DNA of 64,000 bases from Patescibacteria group bacterium (GCA_023379125.1 JAMCSY010000004.1:122588-186587); one strand, 5' to 3'; counted from the first letter of the stretch, positions 36,632 to 46,790 are shown. The notes: a model not told the origin generated them from the sequence alone. Program-made: numbers and translations.

Positions 36632-38257
36632 ATGTCAAAAATTTTAGAATTTGATGGTAAAGCCAGAGAAAAATTATTAAAAGGAATTAATACCTTAACA
36701 GAGGCTGTGGCTTCCACTTTGGGCCCTAAAGGGAGAAATGTGGCTTTAGATAAAAAATGGGGGGCTCCAAGTGTAGTTCATGATGGGGTAACTGTAGCTA
36801 AAGAAATTGAATTAGAAGATCCTTTTGAGAATATGGGAGCACAGCTAATCAAGGAAGCAGCTTCTAAAACTAATGATGTAGCTGGAGATGGAACAACCAC
36901 AGCTACTATTTTGGCTCAAGCAATTGTTTCAGAGGGACTAAAAAACATCCAGGCTGGAGCTAATCCAATGATTTTAAGACAAGGTATTGAAGCAGCTGTA
37001 GAAAAATTAGTAGACACTCTGCAAAAGATGAGCAAGAAAATCACCACCAAAGAAGAAATTACTCAGGTAGCCACTATTTCTGCTCAAGATCCAGTTATTG
37101 GTGAGAAAATTTCTGAAGCGATTAGCAGAGTGGGCAAAGATGGAGTGGTGACTGTAGAAGAGGGTAAAACCATGGAAATGTCTGTTGATTATAAAGAAGG
37201 CATGGAGTTTGATAAGGGTTTTGCCTCACCTTATTTTGTAACAGATACTGACCGCATGGAAGCTTCTTTAGAAGATGCTTATATTTTGATTACAGATAAA
37301 AAAATCTCCAGTATGCAGGAACTATTACCCTTCCTAGAAAAGTTTATTCAAGTTTCCAAAAATTTGGTAATCATTGCTGATGATATTGAAGGTGAAGCTT
37401 TAGCTACTTTGATTGTGAACAAACTAAAAAATATCTTTAATGTTTTGCCAGTGCAAGCACCTGGCTTTGGTGATCGTCGTAAAGCGATGTTGGAAGATAT
37501 CGCTATTTTGACTGGGGGAATGGTTATTTCTGATGAAACTGGACGAAAGTTTGAGTCAGTGGAGATTACTGATTTAGGCAGAGCTGGACGGGTGACCTCC
37601 ACCAAGGACACAACTTTAATTGTTGATGGCAAAGGTTCAAAGTCTGCCATTGATGGCAGAATTGCCCAAATTAGAAAAGAATTAGCTAAAACTGATTCTG
37701 ATTTTGATAAGGAAAAATTAAATGAAAGATTAGCCAAACTAACTGGTGGGGTAGCAGTGATCAACGTTGGAGCAGCCACGGAAGTGGAAATGAAGGAGAA
37801 AAAGGAACGGGTGATTGATGCGGTGGCCGCGACTCAAGCAGCTATTGAGGAAGGCATTGTCCCAGGTGGAGAGATTGCTTTAATCAGAGCTGCCAAATCT
37901 TTAAGCCAGGTTAAACTAAATAACACTGAGGCACAATTAGGAGTAGAAATTGTTAAGAAAGCTTTAGATATTCCTTTTAGAAAGTTAGTGCAAAATGCTG
38001 GTATGGATGATGGAGTGGCTTTGGCTAAAGTGCTAGATTCAGATGGTGATAAAGGAGTAGATGTACTTGATGGTCAGGTTAAGGATATGGTGAAGGCAGG
38101 TGTTATTGATCCTGTTAAGGTGACTAGATCAGCATTGCAAAATGGGGCTTCTATTGCTGTCATGGTAATGACTACTCAAGTTTTGATCACTGACAAACCT
38201 GAACCGACTCCACCTCCGCCACCAATGCCTGCTGGTGCAGGTATGGGAGAATATTAA
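36632..38257 (+). CDS. groEL: Chaperonin GroEL.
   Basis: 541 aa. ATP-site motifs AGDGTTTAT and GGVAVI, and a C-terminal GGM-like tail. AAGGAAA SD upstream. Confidence 0.95.
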   Translation: MSKILEFDGKAREKLLKGINTLTEAVASTLGPKGRNVALDKKWGAPSVVHDGVTVAKEIELEDPFENMGAQLIKEAASKTNDVAGDGTTTATILAQAIVSEGLKNIQAGANPMILRQGIEAAVEKLVDTLQKMSKKITTKEEITQVATISAQDPVIGEKISEAISRVGKDGVVTVEEGKTMEMSVDYKEGMEFDKGFASPYFVTDTDRMEASLEDAYILITDKKISSMQELLPFLEKFIQVSKNLVIIADDIEGEALATLIVNKLKNIFNVLPVQAPGFGDRRKAMLEDIAILTGGMVISDETGRKFESVEITDLGRAGRVTSTKDTTLIVDGKGSKSAIDGRIAQIRKELAKTDSDFDKEKLNERLAKLTGGVAVINVGAATEVEMKEKKERVIDAVAATQAAIEEGIVPGGEIALIRAAKSLSQVKLNNTEAQLGVEIVKKALDIPFRKLVQNAGMDDGVALAKVLDSDGDKGVDVLDGQVKDMVKAGVIDPVKVTRSALQNGASIAVMVMTTQVLITDKPEPTPPPPPMPAGAGMGEY

Positions 38258-38408
38258 GCCTGAGCAAGGCTGAATACCTCTAAATATCCTAGAAGCAAAG
38301 GTTTACGTGCTGGATTGTCATGTAATAAAGTATTGGGAAGTTTATGCTGGCAGAAAACCGTAGACTCTTAGTGCACGGAAGCTTATACTAGAGTTAAACA
38401 GTTTCTTT

Positions 38409-39005
38409 ATGGCTAAACTTCATTATCATGAGGCGATTTCCGAAAAAGACAAACAGGTTTTTGCCAGATTTCTAGCAGAAGATGAAGAGCTGATTTTGGC
38501 TACTGGTTTTGGTAAAACTTACTTACGCTCTCGTTTTATAGTAGCTTTGGGCTGGCCTGGATTTGTCTTTATTGCTTTTGGGTTGGGCTTGAGCTATTTA
38601 TTACAGTTTAATCCGGCTTATGGTTTACTTGGAGGTTTAATAATAGCTGCAGTAGCTGCTTTGCTGCGCACAATTCATCTTTACCATGCTAATCGTTATC
38701 TGCTAACTACCAGAAGAGTGATTATTAAAAAAGGTGTTTTTGCAGTTCAGGTTACCTCAGCTTTGTATGACAAAATTACTCACATTGAAGTTGATCAATC
38801 ATTTGTAGATAAGGTTTTTTATCACCATGGGACAATTATTGTGAACACTGCTGGAATGAATAAAGGTGAGATCACGATTACTTTTATTGATTATCCCATC
38901 GAGTTTAAAAATTTACTAGAAAGATTAATTAATCGCGAACGTGAACAATATGGTTTTCACTCAGGCCCAGTTTTAACTGTTGAGGGAGAAGTGGTAGAGG
39001 ATTAG
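38409..39005 (+). CDS. Bacterial PH-domain (bPH_2, YdbS/YdbT-like) membrane protein.
   Basis: Two TM helices followed by the LLTTRRVIIKKGVFAVQVTSALYDKITHIEVDQS bPH_2 pattern. Confidence 0.65.
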   Translation: MAKLHYHEAISEKDKQVFARFLAEDEELILATGFGKTYLRSRFIVALGWPGFVFIAFGLGLSYLLQFNPAYGLLGGLIIAAVAALLRTIHLYHANRYLLTTRRVIIKKGVFAVQVTSALYDKITHIEVDQSFVDKVFYHHGTIIVNTAGMNKGEITITFIDYPIEFKNLLERLINREREQYGFHSGPVLTVEGEVVED

Positions 39006-39106
39006 TTTACGGCACACTTCGATTGAGTCGTGGATTTTAGTCTATGGATGAATTGTAGCTAAGGATATCTTCTTTTGGCAGGACACAGGGGATTTATCTT
39101 TGTGTT

Positions 39107-39799
39107 TTACTTACCACCAACTGCAGCACTTGAGGAAGCAACTGCATAATAAGGCAGAGGCAAAATTGCAGGTAAGAGAGTTTGTGGATCAATATACTTT
39201 TCGTTATGGGTAATTTCCAAATGTGTGTGCGGGCCTGTGGTGTGTCCAGTTAGACCAACTTCACCAATAATGGAATCAGGAGTCACTTCGTCACCAACTT
39301 TGACAAAAACTCGGCCCATGTGCCCATAAGTTGATTGAAAACCTTGGTCATGCTCAATGACAACATGGTGACCTAGACCGAATAGGTCATAATAAACAGC
39401 TGACACAGTTCCTTTAGCTATTGGATGAATAGGCATGCCTAGACCAGTGGCAATATCGATACCCGGATGCCAAGCAGAAAATTTAGTGGTTAAATAGCCT
39501 GGATGTGGTAATAAAAAAGGTTCAGATAGAGAAGCAGCAGAGATGTTCTGTTCTTGCACAAAACTTGCTTGGACAACTGATTTCTGAATTGGAGGAAAAG
39601 CCAGGCTTGGTTGATAACCCATAAAATAAAGGGCCAAAGAGACCCCCAAAGCTGTTTTGGTTACAAGTGGGATGTTTGGTATAGTTAGCTTTCGTAAACC
39701 CCTCGACCTTGAAAGCTGATGTTGGGTAGCTAGTGTTTTTAGGGCAACCCTGTCCACTAACCCCTTAGGCAGCAGGTTTTTCGATATGTTAAAAACCAT
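39107..39799 (-). CDS. M23 family metallopeptidase (LytM-like).
   Basis: HxxxD ... HxH motifs: GIDIATGLGMPIHP and GHTTGPHTHLEI. Confidence 0.8.
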   Translation of the reverse strand: MVFNISKNLLPKGLVDRVALKTLATQHQLSRSRGLRKLTIPNIPLVTKTALGVSLALYFMGYQPSLAFPPIQKSVVQASFVQEQNISAASLSEPFLLPHPGYLTTKFSAWHPGIDIATGLGMPIHPIAKGTVSAVYYDLFGLGHHVVIEHDQGFQSTYGHMGRVFVKVGDEVTPDSIIGEVGLTGHTTGPHTHLEITHNEKYIDPQTLLPAILPLPYYAVASSSAAVGGK

Positions 39800-39875
39800 A
39801 TTTTTGTCGGCTCTTTAGCTCTAGAGCAAACAAAAAACACCTTTTAAAGTTCTTAGCCTTAATTGGCTAGAAAAA

Positions 39876-39894
39876 GCCCGCTTTTTGGGCGGGG
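39876..39894 (-). terminator. Second, weaker terminator-like GC hairpin.
   Basis: cccgc/gcggg stem with a T-rich loop. On the minus strand it is followed by CTTTTTCT. Confidence 0.2.
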
Positions 39895-39920
39895 CAAGTA
39901 AAAAGTATAACAGGAAGATA

Positions 39921-39957
39921 GTAAAAAAGCAAAACCCTCCCTAGATACTAGGGAGGG
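39921..39957 (-). terminator. Rho-independent terminator of hsp20.
   Basis: Perfect 10-bp stem ccctccctag/ctagggaggg at 39935-39957. It is followed on the minus strand by TTTTGCTTTTTT. It lies 23 nt after the hsp20 stop. Confidence 0.55.
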
Positions 39958-39979
39958 TGGCTTGTTTTAAAAATACCAA

Positions 39980-40408
39980 TTATTTTTTATTGGTTACCTT
40001 GACTGTGATTTTTTTGGGTGGTCTTTGCTCTGCTTTGGCAAACTTTAATCTTAAGACCCCATTATCAAAAACTGCTTCAGGTTCTTTGTCAGAAACTACC
40101 CCATCTGGTAATCGGAAAGAGTAGTTAAAGTTTTGAGACATTGAACTCATAAAATAGCGTCTTTTATTCTTTTCTTCCTCGTCTTGCTTGCTAGCTCCGG
40201 AGATTCTGACCACTCCGTCATCTCCAACGGTTACATCAATTTGATCTTCACTCAGACCAGGTAAAGCTGCTTCAGCGGTAATAGCATCCTCTGTTTCGTA
40301 GATGTTTAAGCCCTGACCTAAACGATTAAAAATTGGTAAAGTTGGAACATCAAAATCATCATCCAGTAAAGAAGATAGATTCCAAGGATTCCATCTGACT
40401 ATTGCCAT
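39980..40408 (-). CDS. Hsp20/alpha-crystallin small heat-shock protein.
   Basis: ACD-domain motifs. C-terminal GVLRLKFAKA, similar to the IXI-type tail. Strong SD AAGGAGGTG upstream. Confidence 0.85.
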   Translation of the reverse strand: MAIVRWNPWNLSSLLDDDFDVPTLPIFNRLGQGLNIYETEDAITAEAALPGLSEDQIDVTVGDDGVVRISGASKQDEEEKNKRRYFMSSMSQNFNYSFRLPDGVVSDKEPEAVFDNGVLRLKFAKAEQRPPKKITVKVTNKK

Positions 40409-40685
40409 TTATCTCACCTCCTTTTTGAGTTGGACAGATTTGGACTTATCTTGTTACTGCCTAATTAGTCTGCAAAGCCAAATCGTCCAGTTCTTACGAG
40501 TACTGTTTTAAAAGTAGTGTTATTCATCTAATCTTAAAAACTTTTGACAAGATATAGCTGCTATCAAATTGCCTCCTGTTTACCCCTGCTGTTATTGGAA
40601 TAACAAGCGAAATTTAGTACAGGACTCTTCCGTGTTTTCAGTAAATACCAGTAGAGGACATGGCCGGAAAAGTTTTTAACTTCCA

Positions 40686-40712
40686 TTAGCAGTAATATAG
40701 CGAGAGTGCTAA
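40686..40712. promoter_or_regulatory. CIRCE-like inverted repeat, a possible HrcA operator.
   Basis: TTAGCAGTA-N9-GAGTGCTAA compared with the CIRCE consensus TTAGCACTC-N9-GAGTGCTAA. The right arm is perfect and the left arm matches 7 of 9. It lies about 275-280 nt from both flanking divergent starts. Confidence 0.3.
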
Positions 40713-40930
40713 TTATTGTCAAGTGGGTACTTCGCTTAGGTAGGTAGTTTGGTTTTGTCTAGCTTAATAACAGGCTTGTACCTTCCATCATGGATAGGTA
40801 TATAATAGAAAATCAATGAACTAAAGTTCTTATCAGCTAAAGCAAAAAACCATATTCGTTAGAACATGGATGAATGCTTGTAGACAGCACAACTTTTAGT
40901 TGTGAAGCTGAGGAGATGCCACAGTTGTGG

Positions 40931-41002
40931 TATCTTCATTTCACAATGAGCGAAGGCTCTTATTTCATAATGAATTAAAGTTCTTGTTTCACAATGAAGC
41001 GC
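40931..41002 (+). repeat. Three tandem 24-nt-phased repeats (TCTTnnTTTCAyAATGA) ending on the start codon of the downstream gene.
   Basis: Core tttcacaatga at 40939-40949, tttcataatga at 40963-40973 and tttcacaatga at 40987-40997. The spacing is exactly 24 nt. The third ATG is the start at 40994. Confidence 0.6.
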
Positions 41003-41806
41003 AACTTCTTTCTGTTTTTAGTGCTATTAAGTTTGATTATTTTACTGGTTCGTTTTTCTTCTGAGAATTTCATGGATATGCTAGGTAAGGAACAGAAAGC
41101 GGGGATCAAGGTGACCTCTCTACCAAGTGGAGCAAAAGTTTTACTTGATGGGCTGGAAGTAGGGCAAACTCCCTATCAAAACGAAAGCTTAGAACCAGGT
41201 GAACATAATTTACAACTGGTGGCGACAAGTGGCGCTTGGCTTAATAGAGTTAATTTGAACGGGGGGACTCTGACTGTAGTCAATCGAGAGTTGGGAGGTG
41301 GTGAAGCCTCTTCCTCAGGTGAAGTCTTAACTTTAGTCAAAGGCTCAGGTGTGGTAATAACTTCTCAACCAAGTGGAGCTGATGTGCAAATTGATGGGAA
41401 ATTATCTGGTCAGACTCCTTTATCCGTTGCTTCTCTGATTCCGGGTGAACACATTTTCTTGCTAAGCCATGACAACTACTTAAAAAGAAGTATTAGAGCT
41501 CTCATACCTAATAAGATGACATTAAATATTGATGTAGATTTGGCTATGAGCGAACTAACGCTGGCACAAACTGCTGCTAAAATTGCTCCCACGACTGTAG
41601 TATCTGCCAAATTAGTAGTAGGTCCTACACCAAATGGTTTTTTGCGGGTTAGAGATCAGCCCTCAACTTCGGGTAAAGAGATTGCTCGGGCTAAAACTGG
41701 TGATAGTTTGGTCATGTTGGCTGAAGATCAGGGTTGGTATAAAGTGCGTTTGGCTGATGGGACTGAAGGGTATGTTTCAGCGGATTATGTGCAGAAAAGT
41801 TCTTAG
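40994..41806 (+). CDS. Secreted or membrane-anchored protein with two PEGA domains and a C-terminal bacterial SH3 (SH3b) domain.
   Basis: SLPSGAKVLLDGLEVGQTP and SQPSGADVQIDGKLSGQTP PEGA motifs. C-terminal SH3_3-like GYVSADYV. Confidence 0.6.
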   Translation: MKRNFFLFLVLLSLIILLVRFSSENFMDMLGKEQKAGIKVTSLPSGAKVLLDGLEVGQTPYQNESLEPGEHNLQLVATSGAWLNRVNLNGGTLTVVNRELGGGEASSSGEVLTLVKGSGVVITSQPSGADVQIDGKLSGQTPLSVASLIPGEHIFLLSHDNYLKRSIRALIPNKMTLNIDVDLAMSELTLAQTAAKIAPTTVVSAKLVVGPTPNGFLRVRDQPSTSGKEIARAKTGDSLVMLAEDQGWYKVRLADGTEGYVSADYVQKSS

Positions 41807-41845
41807 CCACCTAGATAATGAATCTACCGAGTAGCTTCTTTCTCT

Positions 41846-42781
41846 TTAACCACCTAGATAATAAACGATGAAGATCACCATGGTGAGCCATAAAACTGCT
41901 GAAATTAACAGTGGTAGGTCTGTTAATATGACCTTTTCTGGAGATTCACCCTCTCTTTTCTCATAAATAATATAGAGGTATCTCATCACTCCATAGATAG
42001 CTACTGGAACTGTGGCCATCAGGTACTTTACTCCAGGATCATAAGGGCTTGGTGTTCTAAAAAATAAATCAAGTATGGTGCTTCTTAATAGAATAGGGGG
42101 TTGTTGAAAAGCAAAGAGTGCATAAGTTAGCCAAGTCGAATTAGCAAACATCGCCGTTAAGATATCTAGTAAATTTTCTGGGTAATGCAACAGGGTTTCT
42201 CGGTGTTTACCAGCGGCTTGGTTAGTTAGTAAAGTTAGCTCTGATCTTCTTTTACCAATGGCCAAAAAGAGAGAGAAAGTAATGATTGTGAGCAAAAACC
42301 AAACATTAAGATGGGCATCAATAGCCCAAATTCCAGCATACACCCTGAGCACAAATCCTGCTGCGATGACCATTACATCCAGTAGAATAACTGACTTTAG
42401 GTAAGCGGAATAGAAAATTTGCAAGACTAAATAAGCCAAGGTAGCATAAAATAGAGCGGGCGAGAGGATGTAAGCCAGTGGTAAAGCAGCTAAAATTAAC
42501 AAAAAGGCGAGCCCGACTGCTAACTTGGGGGAAACGATCCCGGCCGCAATCGGACGCAGGCTTTTAAAAGGGTGCTGTTTATCACGGTCGATATCAAAGA
42601 CATCGTTAAGTAGATAGATGGCAGAAGCTACTCCGGAAAAAATAATAAAAGCTCCACAAACTATGAGAAAGGCGCTAATACTATCTAGCTTGCCAGAGAA
42701 AATTAATCCTGCAAAAAGCGCGAAATTTTTAATCCATTGTCGGGGTCTGAGTGCACGAATGATGCCCCATAAAAGTTTCAT
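41846..42781 (-). CDS. UbiA-family prenyltransferase (decaprenyl-phosphate phosphoribosyltransferase-like).
   Basis: NDVFDIDRDKQHP...KSLRPIAAG Asp-rich motif. 8-9 TM helices. Confidence 0.65.
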   Translation of the reverse strand: MKLLWGIIRALRPRQWIKNFALFAGLIFSGKLDSISAFLIVCGAFIIFSGVASAIYLLNDVFDIDRDKQHPFKSLRPIAAGIVSPKLAVGLAFLLILAALPLAYILSPALFYATLAYLVLQIFYSAYLKSVILLDVMVIAAGFVLRVYAGIWAIDAHLNVWFLLTIITFSLFLAIGKRRSELTLLTNQAAGKHRETLLHYPENLLDILTAMFANSTWLTYALFAFQQPPILLRSTILDLFFRTPSPYDPGVKYLMATVPVAIYGVMRYLYIIYEKREGESPEKVILTDLPLLISAVLWLTMVIFIVYYLGG

Positions 42782-42782
42782 C

Positions 42783-43883
42783 CTAATTAGTTTTCCTTTG
42801 CGAAAAAGAATTTAACCACAATATAAATAAACAAAAAACTACAGCTAAGCCAAGAATAATAAATATTTTGCTGCTAGTATCCACAAAGAGCGCGATTGAT
42901 CCTAAAATAGCAGATCCTAAGATATAAAACAAGCTAATTTGTTGATGGGACCAGCCCAGATCGAGTAAGCGATGATGAAAATGGCCTCTATCTCCCCAAA
43001 CAGGTGAGCGTCCATTTAATACTCTTCTGAAGAATGTATAAGCAAAATCGATAATTGGGATTGCTAAAACTAACATAGCTGTAGCTAGTTTTGCTCCAGC
43101 TAAAATAGACAAAACTGCCAAAAGATATGCCAAAATTGTTGATCCAGAAAAACCAGGTAGAATCTTAGAAGGATGCCAATTAAAAACCAAGAGCCCCAAA
43201 GAGGCCCCCGCTGTAATAAAGGAAAGCTTGGCGATATTTAGTTGATTAGGGTCTCCCTCATAAAATAATTTCAGAGAGAATAAGCCTAGGGTAATTGCTG
43301 CCACTAAAGTAATACCTGGCATTTGACCATCAACACCCTTAGCCCAATTAATTACCTGAGTTAGGGTCATAATCCAAAGCAGGGCAAGTAAATCAGCAAT
43401 CAAAATAATTTTATGTGCCCCTAATAGATTAAAGGGGATAATAAGTGAATCTAAGTGAATAATCGACTGAGTTGGATCAAGTAAAGGATTGGTGATTTGA
43501 TAGAGTGGATTACTAATAAAAGAAATACCGATGCCTGCAGCCACAGCACACAAAGCGGCAATTAATAATAGTCCCAGACGCCAATAAGGGCTAAACTCGC
43601 GGATCTTATCGTCAATTAATCCAACGGCTAATAAAACGCTCATCCCAAGAAAGATTCCCACCAAGTGTTTTTCAATTGGTAAAAAAAGCAAAGCTGAGAT
43701 TAAAACCCCAACAAAGATTGGCAATCCACCGGCTCGGGGAATAATTCTGCCCTGGACATGAGCTGGATGATCACGTTTTTGTGGATTGTCTACTAACCCA
43801 TAATGTTTGGCTAGTTTGATGGTAAGAGGAATGCTGCCGGCAGTGATCAAAAAAGCAACCAGAGCGACAACTACTTCTTGCAT
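42783..43883 (-). CDS. Polyprenyl-phosphate sugar-1-phosphate transferase (MraY/WecA GT4 family).
   Basis: LIDDKIRE (DDxxD), GVDGQ and HHRLLDLG motifs. About 10 TM helices. Confidence 0.65.
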   Translation of the reverse strand: MQEVVVALVAFLITAGSIPLTIKLAKHYGLVDNPQKRDHPAHVQGRIIPRAGGLPIFVGVLISALLFLPIEKHLVGIFLGMSVLLAVGLIDDKIREFSPYWRLGLLLIAALCAVAAGIGISFISNPLYQITNPLLDPTQSIIHLDSLIIPFNLLGAHKIILIADLLALLWIMTLTQVINWAKGVDGQMPGITLVAAITLGLFSLKLFYEGDPNQLNIAKLSFITAGASLGLLVFNWHPSKILPGFSGSTILAYLLAVLSILAGAKLATAMLVLAIPIIDFAYTFFRRVLNGRSPVWGDRGHFHHRLLDLGWSHQQISLFYILGSAILGSIALFVDTSSKIFIILGLAVVFCLFILWLNSFSQRKTN

Positions 43884-43887
43884 AATT

Positions 43888-44244
43888 TTAATAATAAATA
43901 GTCATAATTTTAATCGCGGTGACTAAGATGATAATGTTAACAAAGACAGAAGAAGTAATCAGGATCCTCTTTAAAACTAGTTGGTTTTGAGGTAACTGAG
44001 AGGCCACAAAGAAATTTACTAGCGAAATTAGACTCACCACCGTTGGCAAAATTAAAAATTGTAATTTGGAAACTAGTTGAGACTCTCCCCAGGAAGTAGA
44101 GTAAAAAAGAGGAATTTGCTCTGGTAAATGTTTAAAGGATAAGGTAAAAATTGTGCCTATAAAAAAAACGGTTAACACAGCAAAAGCAAAAGGCAAAGAA
44201 TAAAAACTATCTAAAGCTAAAAAATAGTTTAAAAATTTTCTCAT
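43888..44244 (-). CDS. Small hydrophobic membrane protein (3-4 TM) within the glycan operon.
   Basis: It is co-oriented with the flanking glycosyltransferase genes, with 4-10 nt gaps. Confidence 0.4.
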   Translation of the reverse strand: MRKFLNYFLALDSFYSLPFAFAVLTVFFIGTIFTLSFKHLPEQIPLFYSTSWGESQLVSKLQFLILPTVVSLISLVNFFVASQLPQNQLVLKRILITSSVFVNIIILVTAIKIMTIYY

Positions 44245-44254
44245 TGATTAGTCT

Positions 44255-46072
44255 TTAAGCTGCGACTGCCTCTGTTTCAGACTGTCTACTTTTGTTAGTT
44301 ACTCTAAATTCTAAATAATGGCCAAGCATTAAGGAAGTCTGAGCATCAACAGCAGGAATAGTGGAAATAGTTACTAGGACCAGTGGTACCAAAAGCCACT
44401 GGATATAGGACCAGAATTTTTTAAAAATGGACCAAGAGACAGGTCTTGGTGGAGCAGTTTTTTCATGCACAAAAATGGTGGAAAACATACCGATAAAAGC
44501 CAGAGTTAAGACCCAAGAAGAAACGACAGGTAAATTATAAGCGACTACAGATTCAGTGTAGTGTGGGTTAACTAAAGGGATAATTTGACTGGCAAAAGTG
44601 ATAAATAAAGCCAGTGTGCCCCATTTTAAATAACCCCAAAGAGCAAAAAATAGACGATCTGTTTTATCCCAAAAACTCATATCGCGATTTTTAAAGTACT
44701 GCCTAACAATGTAGGGTACATGCTCGACTCCATAAGCCCAGCGCTTTTGTTGTAAGTATTGATTCTGGAAAGTTTTAATTAAATTAACATCCTGCACCGC
44801 ATCTCCTGTAATTGGTAGATAGTGAGGGATCACCTTGTAATCACCCTTAAAATGGAAATAGGCTTTCCAGAAAAAGCCAGAGTCGTCGTTTACTTTGTTG
44901 GGTATCCATAAACCAATATCAAGCAAAGATCTCATGTTAATAGAAAGAGAGGAGAAGTTCATATATTTGTCTGAACCATACATTTCAGCCAGTTGCCAAA
45001 GAGCAGTTCCCACGGCAATTAAGCGCATAGGAGTGGGGGTTTGCCAGTAGTTATTGTAGTACAAAAATGAACCGGTAAAGCTTCGTTTATCACGAATATT
45101 AGCAGGAGTATCTAGATATTTATGTAATGCTCCGGCTAAGAATTGGGGATGAATGATAAAATCAGCATCCAAGGTTGTTACGAGCACTTCTTGTGGCTTG
45201 ATATGTTTTTGCTGAAACTCTTTGACGGTATGGGTAATCATCCAGTTGCGATTAGTGCCTGGTCCAGGTACCTCTCCAGGCAGACCGAAAGGATGGATAG
45301 TACAAAAAACTCCCCCAATTTTTTTGTCTAGTTTTTTCAAGTAGGCAATTGTTTGATCAATTTTCTCCGGGTCTTTTTGATACTCTCTTTCTTCAAAACC
45401 CACGGCCAAAAAGATTTTTTCTTTGGGATAATCTGAATTGGCTACCCCTTCAAAGGCAGGAACCAAGACATCCAAGCCCTCTTTGTAGGTTGGCAAAACT
45501 AATAGGTGATAATAGTTATCCCACTGATCAGGAAAGTCTATTTTGAGCTTTTGTAACCAGTTTTGTTTTTTTGCCTCTTCTAACTTTTTCCAACCCAAAA
45601 AAGTAAAAGCAGCAATGCGCAGTGAGTTAATTAACCAATATACATCAGCAATAATTATTAAGTAAGCGACGGCAAAAGGTAGAGTGAAGGACAACCAGAT
45701 AGGGGATGTCAAAGCAATCCAAGTCAGTGCTCCGGGTAAAATTTCCAAAAACCTTTCAAAGGCATTTTCATGTCTTCTGACAAAGTTATGTTCAATCCTC
45801 TCGGAAAAAAAGTAGGTTTCTGAAAGTAAATGATGAACCACTAGTCCAGCTCCCAAACCCATCATAAAGTAGGCTAGGATTAGCTGAGTAGCATTAGAGC
45901 TACTAGTTAAACCAGAGACTAAACCTAGTAGTAAAATTAAAATTCCTGGTAGGCTGTGATGAATTGGAATGATTTTTTTCAAGAAGGGGAATTTCTGGCC
46001 TAAATAATACAGAAACTGCCCCAAGAAAAATCCAGAAAAAAGTCCAATTAATAATGATGCTAGTATCCTCAT
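44255..46072 (-). CDS. Integral-membrane processive family-2 glycosyltransferase-like synthase (CesA/PgaC-like).
   Basis: TLDADF (DxD) and QQKRWAYG (QxxRW) motifs between N- and C-terminal TM bundles. Confidence 0.5.
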   Translation of the reverse strand: MRILASLLIGLFSGFFLGQFLYYLGQKFPFLKKIIPIHHSLPGILILLLGLVSGLTSSSNATQLILAYFMMGLGAGLVVHHLLSETYFFSERIEHNFVRRHENAFERFLEILPGALTWIALTSPIWLSFTLPFAVAYLIIIADVYWLINSLRIAAFTFLGWKKLEEAKKQNWLQKLKIDFPDQWDNYYHLLVLPTYKEGLDVLVPAFEGVANSDYPKEKIFLAVGFEEREYQKDPEKIDQTIAYLKKLDKKIGGVFCTIHPFGLPGEVPGPGTNRNWMITHTVKEFQQKHIKPQEVLVTTLDADFIIHPQFLAGALHKYLDTPANIRDKRSFTGSFLYYNNYWQTPTPMRLIAVGTALWQLAEMYGSDKYMNFSSLSINMRSLLDIGLWIPNKVNDDSGFFWKAYFHFKGDYKVIPHYLPITGDAVQDVNLIKTFQNQYLQQKRWAYGVEHVPYIVRQYFKNRDMSFWDKTDRLFFALWGYLKWGTLALFITFASQIIPLVNPHYTESVVAYNLPVVSSWVLTLAFIGMFSTIFVHEKTAPPRPVSWSIFKKFWSYIQWLLVPLVLVTISTIPAVDAQTSLMLGHYLEFRVTNKSRQSETEAVAA

Positions 46073-46245
46073 AATTTCTTAATGAGTCTTCGCAGACTCG
46101 CTTCTTGTTTATGACAATTAGAAGCACAATAGTGATTCATAGTTCAAAAGGGGATTGTATCATAATTATATAACTTAAACACTAAAAATGTTGGGAAGTT
46201 TATAACAGATAAACCTAATGAAAACTGAGAGTATATGATTGAAGA

Positions 46246-46743
46246 TTAAAGGTGGGGGTCAAAGAGATTCATCAGTCTTTCTCGATAGTACCTAATAGCA
46301 TCTTTGTGAAGATTTTCTAATACTAGCTGCTGTGTCTGTGTTTCTTGTAAGAACCAGATTTCTAAGTGTTGAGTTAACCGAGTCAAGACTGGCTCACTGT
46401 TTTCACCCAAAACTGCCTGAGCCCAAACTTCAGCCTCTGGTGTGGCTATTAGCTCGTGTTGAGGGACTTTAGCCAACAGCCCAGCTTCAACTAGTTCTTC
46501 AAGGTGCTGAGCTAATTCCTCACTGTATATAAATCCTCTTTGCGGGTTAATCACTTCGAAAGTATAGCGACTAGTAATAAGCTTCTCAGTACTTGCTTTA
46601 TAAATGGTCTGGTGGATTAGGTAGTGAGGCAAAAAGCCCTCCTGGGTGCGATTGGCAGCTGTCAGAATTAAAAGCGCACGTCCGCGATCAGCAAACTGTT
46701 TTTGATTTAAGACTTTGGCAATCTCAAGTTCTCGCTGGCCCAT
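46246..46743 (-). CDS. Hypothetical 165-aa protein.
   Basis: ORF is co-oriented with tatD. No family is recognised. Confidence 0.45.
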   Translation of the reverse strand: MGQRELEIAKVLNQKQFADRGRALLILTAANRTQEGFLPHYLIHQTIYKASTEKLITSRYTFEVINPQRGFIYSEELAQHLEELVEAGLLAKVPQHELIATPEAEVWAQAVLGENSEPVLTRLTQHLEIWFLQETQTQQLVLENLHKDAIRYYRERLMNLFDPHL

Positions 46744-46790
46744 AAATTAAAATTTAACGAGCTCATGCTAATATAGCCACTTACTGGCTG

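Noticed and set aside
46084-46099. Hairpin gagtct-tcgc-agactc 12 nt upstream of the GT2 synthase start, as a terminator or attenuator.
   Set aside because: No T-tract follows on the relevant strand. It may be a 5'-UTR structure, but it is too short to interpret.
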